Positions 11,312 to 21,600 of a DNA stretch of 64,000 nt are shown piece after piece. A program made the translations under genes and the position numbers. The stretch is from Epithemia pelagica (taxonomy: Eukaryota; Protista; Bacillariophyta), in assembly GCA_946965045.2 (NCBI GenBank), contig OX337234.1, positions 3,720,001 to 3,784,000 on the forward strand. Direction: 5' to 3'. The notes beneath the pieces are model-generated. The model saw only the letters and a program-made list of their open reading frames with translations. It made no database searches and was not told the origin of the DNA. Positions within the stretch are counted from its first letter, which is position 1. Each line of letters starts with the position of its first letter.

Positions 11312-12110
11312 GTGGCTTATGGCTTATGGATACGAGTATTGTTGTTATCTAGTATTGAATTATAATAATATTCAGTCGCTGGTTCATGCCTATAATATCG
11401 ATATTGTGTCAACCAGAGGCTATCTAGTGTTCTAATATTATTATTCAATCCAGTTAGAAGGACGTAGTCAACATCTGTCATCATAAGCAGGGCTCTGACC
11501 TCTGACGCAGTATCTAAGTGGCTTGCTCGATGAAGCATGAAGCGTGACTTGAATTCGCTTTTGGAATCGATTCGCCTCTCTTCTGGCTGGGAACCAGAGG
11601 TTCGTTTGCTTCCATCAAAATGTTGGATGCGCACGCCAACTGTGCTTGGAACACCCAAGATCATCGTCTTCATGTCTGGCTCTCATTCGAATTATTGCGA
11701 ATTGAGGTCTGGGATGTGACGCCTTGTGTGGCGTTTCAAAATTTAAAAATTCTCCGATGGCTTTTCCAAGACGGTATAGCTAGCTATGGAGCTATTGCTA
11801 GCTAGCTAGTTACTCCTACATATAGTATAGATAAGAAGGTTCCTCCAACAGTTTTCTCTATATTATCATGCCGGAAGTAATATGCACCCAGAACGACGAA
11901 AGACCCATTCCATGTCGACCGAACCGCATTCTCGACCAACCGAACACCCCCACGATACTACTACTAGGTAGAACATTCTATATCGTCGTCCTTGTGTGTG
12001 TGTTTGTGGTTCAACGAGACAAACAGTGTGCTTTGGGCGGGAATGGGAGCCGTATCGGAAATCGGACTACTACGAGAGGTCCCACCCACTCTCTTCGAAT
12101 ACGCTCTAGT

Positions 12111-14190
12111 CTAGTTGTTGTCCTTTTCCTTGGTGTTGTTGTGGTTGTCTCCATCCTCCGACTTGTAGGGGGGATTCTTCCCAATGTTGCTAGTACTGCT
12201 ACCCTCACGTGTCTGGGATGTTGTGGTAGGTGCTGCTGTGTCGTGTAGTAGTACACTCAAAGCCAAAGGTTGGTGTTCTTCTTGTTCTGGTTGGCCTTTT
12301 ATTTTTTCTTCTTCTTTTGCGGCTGCGGACGGCCGCGGTGCCAAAGAGGTTGTGGTTCGGGCGGAACCAGGGGTCGTGGCGCGTGGAATGATGACTTGCG
12401 GTGATGATTGTGGTGGTGGCACGGCGACGTGTGCTTGGGCTTGATCCCACAAATGATGGAGTCTCGCAAACTCGTTTTGCAATCGTTTCTGTTCGAGTCG
12501 TAAGGTCGACACTTGTTCCTCGAGGGATTGACGTTGCGTGTGGTACCGTTGTCGCAACTTGCGGGACGCAATCAAATTGGAGGTACGTTTGCGTTGCAGA
12601 GCCACCGACTCGGGCAAGGACTGGCGGTCTGCGTGTGGTTGTGGTTGCATTGTCTGGGCCAGCATCCATGCCGGCTCCTGCCGCCCTGGTTTTCGTCTTG
12701 CAGCACTGGAGGCGGAAGAGTGAGTGAGTCTGCTGTTGATGTTGTCCTCTTTTTGTTCGGACACATGTGGTTCGGTAGTACTAGCCGGCTGTAAGGAGGA
12801 GGGGGCCTTGCTTTTTTCCAATACCATGCGGCTGATGCTGGAGGAATCCGTCAGGAGCATTTGCAATGCTGCAGCTGGTGAAAGGGACAGTCCGGTTGCT
12901 GCAGCAACAGACGAGGCGGCGGGGTTTGGTCGTCCTCCATCACCATGAGGAGGAAGATGCCAATCTCCCCGATGAGACGGACCTGTGACTCCCAGATGTT
13001 GTTGGGGAACAATGGTACTAGGGACGAAAAGCCCCAAACGACCGCCAGGAGCTGCTCCTCCTTGTCTTCCCTGGAGTGCAGGTTCGTGTCCTTGTCGTGT
13101 CGGACCCGTGAGTTGTTTGGCCGGCTGCTGCTGTTGCTGTGGAGCAGAAGGACGATGCGGTGGTGCTGGCGGTCGAGGCATGAGAACAACCATGTTAGGA
13201 GTACTGCTACTAGTAGTACTAGTACTGCTGTCTTTACTAGGAAAAGCCGTTGTCGTCGTCGAACCCGTAATTCCTCCTCTCGTCTGGTGGGACGGTGGCG
13301 GCAAGAATGGAGCAGTACTAGTCCTAGGAGGCATACCCTTTGATGCCGTGGTAGGACTTCTTGTGCTGGCTTTTGTACCAGCACTCACATTCCCAGTGAT
13401 CCCAGACGGTTGTTGTTGCTTCTGTGCGCTGCTGGTCCGTCGAGGAGGACTGGTGGGAGAGGCAGCAACGTTCGATGATGAAGCAGTGGTCTTTGTTGGT
13501 TCCAGTTTGAGCAATTGATCCTTGTACCACAACAATTCCAAGCGTTTACGATATCGACACCATTCGATAAAGTGATCACAGGTCCATTGACCACCAAAGG
13601 ATTGGGGAATGCCTTGACGCGTCAAGCCTCGACACGTCGACAAGAGCGACTGTACGACAGGATTGGGTTGCTGTGGACTAGCAGTTTGATGCTGTGGTTG
13701 TTGTTGCTGCTGTTTGATGGAGGTTGGTTCGGCCGGTTGCGGTTCGAGCAGGTGCTGTGTAATCCGGCAGTCTTGTTCGGAACCCCTAAAACAGTCTCGG
13801 AGTGTCGTTGCCGCTTCCGCCAAGATGCTCACGGCATGGTCGGGTCGTTTCTGCAAGGGAATGCCCAACAAGTAAAAGTTCCACTGCAAGGGAAACACGT
13901 GAGCGGCCAACCAGGCGATCCGCCGGACCAATTCCCAATCCACCTTGTAATTTCGGGGTGTCACCACGACCCATAAACAATCAATGCCTTCCACTTGGGG
14001 TTCCGAAAAGCACAATGACGACGAAGAAGAAGAATCGTCCCCCAGAACACCATGGAGCATATCGTCCTGGGCCAAGAGTTTGGCAAGATAAAACCACGCA
14101 CGCAACAGATTCTCGGTGGTGGCCGTGGGCAATCGTTGTCTCCGATCCACTAAACAGCCTCGAAAGGCGGGGCCCGTAGTAGGCACCCTG
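12111..14190 (-). pseudogene. 3' part of a CRAL-TRIO-like + bZIP gene interrupted by the outer Copia
   Basis: Removing 14191-28884 and one ACCCTG copy restores the frame ...NETDSRVPTTGPAFRG.... Contains GIPQSFGGQW and a bZIP (KRTSNLIASRKLRQR, N-x7-R, followed by four Leu heptads) at about 12435-12600. Confidence 0.85.
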
Positions 14191-14659
14191 TGTTGTTTTC
14201 CTGCTACCGTGGGCAACAAGAACGAGCTCAACCCGTGTAAAACAAAGTTAAGTTGTGTGCTTAGTCTTTACTTCTACTTCTACTCGTAGCGATGGCTGTG
14301 ATCCGTTGGATCATCGGCCGTTGGATAAAGTAGGTTGGAGATCTTTTTGCGATCTTGTTGCGATCTTGGTTTCCTATGTATTCGTCGTCCAGCCCGTTCT
14401 TGCCTGTCAGAATGTTTAGACGACGACTGTTATGGGATGCCATAGGATCTCGCTCCTCTATGTATTGGACTTGTTTGGGCCGTTATTGTTGATGACGCGT
14501 TGCTCCAAATGAGATTTGGTCGGCCCATTGGTTCATTTGTTCTGTTTGAAATAACGATGGTACTCGTCTCTTGTCGGTCGAATCTTCTACTTCCGAATGC
14601 CGGTTCCGAATATTGGTCGCACTTCTTCATTCACTGACCATATCTCATTATTTTGAACA
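14191..14659 (-). repeat. 3' LTR of the outer Copia
   Basis: TGTT...AACA termini; matches 28416-28884; the ORF-track translations inside both copies are identical. Confidence 0.96.
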
Positions 14660-14668
14660 CTCCCTCTC
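14660..14668 (-). promoter_or_regulatory. Polypurine tract of the outer Copia
   Basis: GAGAGGGAG on the minus strand abutting the 3' LTR. Confidence 0.85.
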
Positions 14669-14686
14669 GGCCGAGTAGAGTCGATG

Positions 14687-17600
14687 TTACCATCCTTGTA
14701 TACTCTCGCGATGTTTCTCGAACGATGATTCGTTGAGCGATTTAGTGAAGATATCCGCGGTCTGATCGTCTGTCGCGCACGGGTGAATCTCGATCTCTTT
14801 TCGTTCCACAAAAGATTTAAAATGGAACAACTTGGTGCACAGATACCGTGTCCTGGGTCTGTACTTGTATATCGTTGCGAGTTCGACTGCACCACTGTTA
14901 TCTTCGAAGGCCTTGCAGTGTATATTGGGTGTCGTAGAGAGAATAGGGAATCCCAAATCCTTCATCTCACGAGTGATGGCCACCAACGGAATAACGGTAC
15001 GTAGTGCGTGTGACAAACTGATGATCTCTGCTTCTGTGGTTGATAAGGCTATCTCTGACTGCAGTTTTGATTGCCAGAGGATGGGGCAACCTGCATAGAA
15101 GACCACAAATCCCGTTCGAGACCGAGCCATGTCCTTGTTTGGGTGGTCGAGCTTGTTAAAATTGCCCGCAAAGTCCGCGTCGGCGAACACTTGGAAAGAT
15201 TTCGTGGTGTCTGGTTTTAGTATCACTCCTTGCTTTCTTGTCCCGGCGAGGTAACGTGCTATGTGTTTGACGGCTTTCCCATGAATTGCTTTTGGGTTTT
15301 CGCAAAATCTGGCGCATTGGTGGACGGCGAAACTAATATCTGGTCTCGTGCTCTTTTCCAGGAAGTTGAGTTTCCCGATCGCCGACCTGTAATGGAAATG
15401 GTGATCAAAGGCTTTTCCGTCTTGGTCTTGTCTCAAGCGTACTGTGGTCGGTGCCGGTGTTTCTTTCTTCTTGGTTGATTCGTCGGCAAGGTGCAGATCT
15501 TGGAGGATTGAGTCGATTAAATGTGGCTGAGTCAAGTGGATGGTGCCATCCTCTTTTCTGTCGATGTTGACCCCAAGAAAATCGTTGACTCCGTCTTCAT
15601 AGGTCATCTTCAGACCACTATTCTCCATTGTAACAATCAACCGGTCGAGTTCTTCTTTGTCAGGACCCAACAATAAGGAATCGTCCGTATACAAAATGTA
15701 TACGCATCTACCATGATAAAAGAGGCACTCGTCGTGCGCACTTTGTTGGAAACCGACTTGCTTAAGTCGTTCCACGAGGTGTTGATTCCAGACTCGGGCG
15801 CCCTGCTTCTGCCCATAGTAATTTTGCTTGATCTTGAGGACGTAGTCTTCTGCTCGCTGGTTTCCTTTTGTATCGAATGTGAAGCTTTTGGGCGCTTCCA
15901 TATACATATCAGTCTCGGCGACTGCTTGAGTATATGCCAGCACATAATCTACCTGTTTGATGTGCCATCCTTGTGTGAGTGCCATAGTCAGGATGAATCT
16001 CACGACGGGCCATTGAATCACGGGAGCGTAGGTTTCCCAATAGTTAACCCCCTTTTCTTGCATGGACCCATCATATGCCAATCTGGATTTCCATTTGTAG
16101 ACTTCTCTAGTTTTTAGTCTTCTCTTTCGGACGCAACTCCACACTCCTCGAGAGATTAGCGCTCCTTTCGGAATGTCCTTTCGCTTGACCACCTCCCATA
16201 GTCCATTATCGCTATGATCTTGTACTTCTTTCTGTGCTGCCTTTATGAATTCCGCTCGATCCTCTTGTTTCATCGCTTCATGCCAGTACATAACATCTGG
16301 ATTGCTGTTAGCTTGAGCGGTATTGACTGTCACAGTTGGTTTAGCTGTGATAGCTACTTCTCCGATCGCGTCTTCGGGCTCTTGAAGCGAAGTCAAGTAG
16401 TCTTGATATCGTTGTGTTCGACGAGGAGTACGTTGGGACCGCCTAGCTCCCTCATGCTCTGGCATAGTTTCTCGTTCTTCCATTGGCGGGTTAGCATCGT
16501 TAGTTTGGTCCCTGTCTTCGGGTATCGTAACGTCGATCTCACGTCGGGATGACGTCGTTGTACTTCCGAATTCCACGCGTGGTTGATTCTCCCTCATGCG
16601 TGGTCTGGATTTTGTGAACCCTGCCTTATACTGCCATTGAGATATTGGTTGGGCCTCTCCGAAACTTTTGCGTATAGTTTCAAATTGGTCATCGTATTGA
16701 ACATGAAATTGAGGTGACGTCAATCCGGAAGAAAGGGACAAGATAAGTCCGATTGTCCTTGCATGTTGGGGAGAATAGCCCAAGAAAATGCCAACTCGAG
16801 CTCGTTCGGAACATTTGGGAATTGGAGTTCCGCTTTGTAATTCGTTGTCGAGTACGTATGCTGGGCATCCGAACGTATGTGCGAGTCGTGTATTGAATCT
16901 TACCGTTGAACCTGTAAATAGTTCCATTGGCGTCTTTTCCTTGTGTTTCTTCATTGGTGCCTCATTGAACATGTCGTTGGCATAGCGGACTGCATAGGGC
17001 CATAAGTTCGTCGTCACTGTACTAGGCCAGCGTCGTTGGGCGTGTATTAGCATTGTTCTTCCTGATTCTTGTAGTTCTCTAATACGTCGTTCGGCCATGC
17101 CACTTTGAAAATGAGCATTAACCCCACTGAAAGTTAATCGTTGATTCTTCATTTGTACTGCTTCCCGGAATTTATTATCGGCAAAGATACCGTTATCGGC
17201 GTGATAATGTCGGATCTTGACTCCGTGAGTGTCTGCCCAAGCTTCAAACCGTTCTTTAGCTTCGATCGTGTCTTTTGCTGATGTACTCCGTTGAAGGTGT
17301 ACATAGCCTACACCTGAGAAGTGGTCGACGAAAACCGTAGCCACCCTATACCTGTCCCGTGTGGGAGTCCCTCGTAGATGCGCAATGTAACCCGGAGTCT
17401 TTGAAATCATTTGGTCGACTGATACGCATTGGCCCGGTGACGTCATGGTATCTAGCGTTCCACGATGACCTTTGATTCGCCAGGGACGTCGCGTAGCTTT
17501 CCCGTACATACACGCCGTACAGACCGGGACCTTACAGTTTGCAAGTCGCTTTGGGAGTCCTCCTTGGCGTGCCAGGCTTTGGATTTTCGCCATCGACAGG

Positions 17601-17861
17601 TGACCCATTCTATGATGCGTTCGGAGTAACTCTAGCGTTGGACTTTCGGGGAGTACCTCTTCTTCATTAGGAATCACATGTACGGTATCGCTGGGGTCTA
17701 TGAGGAACTCGGTAGTCATCGGTACATCTCTTGTTGGAAAATAATGTTCATTTTGTTCGTCGTCGAGATTCTTGTGATTTTCGTCGATACTCCAATCGTC
17801 TCCCTCATCTTGGTCCATTGTTGATGGAGACCGTTCCATGACGGATTCGTCGTCGTCTTCA
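14687..17861 (-). CDS. Outer Copia pol, 3' part (integrase, RT, RNase H)
   Basis: HHRMGH...CTAC zinc site; VSVDQM / HADNGIF / MAERRIREL integrase triad; YWETYAPV, YTDDSLL; FADADFAG, STTEAE, FEDNSGA, ADIFTKSL. Confidence 0.95.
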
Positions 17862-18644
17862 TGTTACAATTCTTTCTGAATCGTAGGGACATTGATGCTC
17901 GGTAGAGCAGACAATCAGGTAGGTCACCAACCGATACAAGCTTCTCAGGGTCAGAGAAGCAAGCAAGTCGAAGTCTATCAGAAGGATAGTCGGGACACAA
18001 AAGAGGATGTGATAAATGGTGATATTGTTAGATTGTGTGTTGATTACTACGATAGGTCTACGTGAAATGTTCGGTCCTGCCAAGGGTCATGTGTCATAGG
18101 TTCTTGGCGGCAACAGGTTTGGAATAGTTGGAGTTGATTCATGTGATGTATATGACATGTATATGTGGGCGGATAACATATACAGGGTCAACAGCTCTTG
18201 CTTTGGGTTGGCATAGTTGTTTTCATGGCGCGCAGCTTGTTGACAATTTGGAGATTGTGGGAATGGAAATATGGTCTCGCGTGATCGTGTGTCGTGCTTG
18301 GGATACTTAGACCGTTGGATCGGATAGATGCCGATAGCGCTCGGATGTCGCTTGGGCGCGCTCGATGATTTCGGGCGCGTACGCTTAGGGCGTTAGTATA
18401 ATGTCCGAGCAACGGCCAAATTTATGTCCGTTGTAATACCGCACGACCCAGTTTAGTCTTGAGAGTGAGTTCGTCAATCTATTCTCACTTTTCATGATTT
18501 GCGAAGAAATATAGGTCGATATAGCGCGAAGCTAGGAAACATAGCTCGAAGCTAGAGGGCATGATGCGATAGCACGAGGCTATGTGACATGGGGAATCGA
18601 TGAGATGTAGAATCTAACCACCATAGACGGTGAGAATTCTAACA
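17862..18644 (-). repeat. 3' LTR of the inner Copia
   Basis: TGTTA...TAACA termini; matches 25463-26245; preceded on the minus strand by GGGGAG (18645-18650). Confidence 0.96.
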
Positions 18645-21600
18645 CTCCCCACAACTCGTCGTTTCAGCCTTGTCATCATTGGATTTGTTGAGATCTTGAA
18701 CTTCTCCTTTCCAAAACAACAATGGCTTGAGCATGGGCCAAATAGATACGAAATCCCAATGTTTGCTAAGGATATCGGCAGGGTTGGTCTTTCCATCTTT
18801 CCAGTAGAATGCAACATACTTTGCTGCGATGGCTTCACGAACTCGGTGGTATGACAGAAGATGGTGTCTCTTGGATAGTATGGAGTGAGGAACGGTTGCA
18901 TTGAGCACAACAGATCTGTTATCTCCGTACAAGTAACTTCGCTCTCGGATAGGTACTCCAAGGTAGCGGAGAGAATGTCGTAATTCTGTAATCTGATCTA
19001 TTGCTGTCCTTGCAGCCACAAACTCGGATCCATAGGTAGCAGTTTCCACCGTGCTCTGTCTCTTGCTGTACCAGTCAATAGGTGTTCCGTTCAACAAATG
19101 TAGAACAGCAGTGACGGATTTACCAGTGACTATGTCATGCATGAGATTGGCATCAACATAATGAGTTGTGGTAACATAGCGGCCAAGAGGTGTTGGGCAG
19201 TCTTCAGGAATACGTTCACTTGCATTCGAATAGACAGTGCGAGTCCAATCAAATTCTTGGGTAGGAAGACTTGAATAATCAGGCTCTCCAATCCTAAATC
19301 TGATTGCGCCTTTTGGGAGATGTGCAAGGTATCCATAGATACGCTTGGCTCTATCAAGATGTCCTTTCCTCGGAGCAGCACGAAAGCGTGATAGCGTCAT
19401 TGTAGCGGTGAAGACGTCGAAACGACCAATAGTGATCACCCATTGGAGTTGTCCAATCAGAGTTTGGAAATGGCTAGTACCTTCTTCATCAAGGAGGTCA
19501 GAATCATCCAATTCAGGATGGTCTCCACCAATAAGAGGTGTTTTGGCTTTCTTGGGTTTCTCCTTGAAGATTCGTTCGAAAGTGTCCATCATCTTACCAA
19601 TGTAGCGTCTTGGATCTGCTACGAATGTTCCATCAGAATCCTTGGTGTAACAACATCCCAAATGGAAATCAATAGGTCCATCTCCTTTGAGTTTGAAGTT
19701 GTATTTCTCCTTCAGGATCTTGCAGATATTCCCAGGATCAGTAGAAATAATGGCTAAGTCATCAACGTATACGGCAATGTATTCGTAACAGTCTTCTCCA
19801 GGTGCTTTCCTCATCCAGATATCCGGATCTGCTTTGCTTGGTGAAAATCCCATGTCTGTCAAAACATCGAATAAGACATCATGCCAGCGTGCGCCTGATG
19901 ACTTCAATCCATAAAGTGCCTTGTATATAATCAGGATGTGACCTTCTAATTCCTTGAATTCAGGTCCTGCGACAATGAAAATTTTCTCCCCTGTCAAGGC
20001 TTCCAGATATGCATTTCCAATATCTGCTCCCCATATTTCCAAGTCATTCAAAGTACCCAGGAATAAGGCAATGCGGAGGTTGCGAATGGAAACAACACCT
20101 GAATAGATTGTCTCAACAGGTTCTTTTGTGAGATGTCCATCTGCGACAAGTCTTGCTTTATGTCGTCCATCATGTTTTACGTCAAAGACAAGATGCACAC
20201 GTATCTTATGATATCCTTCAGGTGCATTGGATACTTTCCCTTTAATGAAGATGGCTTTCCCAAAATCCTTGAATGTCTTGTAGGACTGGATCTGTGACAA
20301 TTCTAATTCTGTTGCATCCTGCCACTTTGTGTTGCCATGTTGTTTATCAAGAGCAACAGCTTCCTCATAATTGCGTGGTACTTGAAATCCAAACTTATAC
20401 TTGACGGAATGGTGAACTTGTTTAATCCTTGACTGTTTGGCTGCTCGAATGAGACGTTTGCTTGTTTTGACATAACGTTTCAAATGCTTCCATCCAGGTT
20501 CGTTGAGTAAACCATGTTTCTTTCCATAAATTGCTACAGTGATCGGATCATCATTGGCGATGAGTGATAAAGGTTCATAGGTAGTCTCCCCAGTTTCCCA
20601 ATCAACAAGCAAATTATATTTGCTCCCCTTGTAATCTGGATCAGTTGTGGTCAGTGGGCCTTGATGGGCAATGACATCCCTGAACCTGAAAAGATTATCT
20701 CCAGAGGCTTGAGCTTGGTTATCTCGTTCGATATACTCCATGAGTTGATTATAGGATATCATCTCATCAACATCAGAATTTGTCTTTCGGTAAATGTACT
20801 TGACACGTTCTTCCTGTTTCGTTGCTTCTTCATTAAGATCAATGACTCGTTTGATGACACGTGCACGGTGTCGCTCCCCATTTTCTTCTGTGTCGCATAG
20901 GAATGTGCGTCCTATCATGTCGTCAAAATCGATCGTGGGCATTGGTTTGGATGGATCTTCACTATCACTGCGAATGAAGACAGTGTCAGCTTGCTTATCA
21001 TTGTCATCCTTCTCAGACGAATCCTCCCCTGAAGGTCGATCCACACGTAGGTTAGGTGTAGTGGATTCAACACGGCGAACGGCAGAACGATAGATTATCT
21101 GGTTATCCTGGGTGAGAATTTTCCAAGTAAAAGAATCACCAACGTTGTGAGCAAAACCAACCCAGTGGCCAAGTTTCTCATCAGAAGAAGATGGATATGA
21201 ACCGGAATTGGGTTCAGCGGGGTCGACACGGTAGTAAACCTCATCCCAGAAAGGAAAGAACAAGAGATGAGTAATGTCGGGTGGGCGACCGGAGAGAGCC
21301 TCAAGAGGAGTGCGACCGGAGTGGGTGGGTGATGACGTATGGTTCAATAAGTCACAGACATACTCAAGGCAAAGAAGCCAGGTGTTGGCAGGGCAACCAG
21401 TGGCATTCATGAGAGCGTTGGTCATACGTTTAACGGTCTGATAACGGTTTTCAGCCTTATTCTGGTGTTGATGATAAGGTTCAGATCGATACTCCCCAAT
21501 AAGCAAAGTGCGAAGAATGTCTTTGACCTTTTGAGAGATGAGAGATGAACCACCATCACTGATAAGGGTCTCCATGGCACCACGAAACCGGATGTTATCC

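Noticed and set aside
17716-18412. Small ORFs duplicated at 25416-26013 (and at 14261-14630 / 28486-28855)
   Set aside because: They are identical only because they lie within LTRs; no coding evidence.
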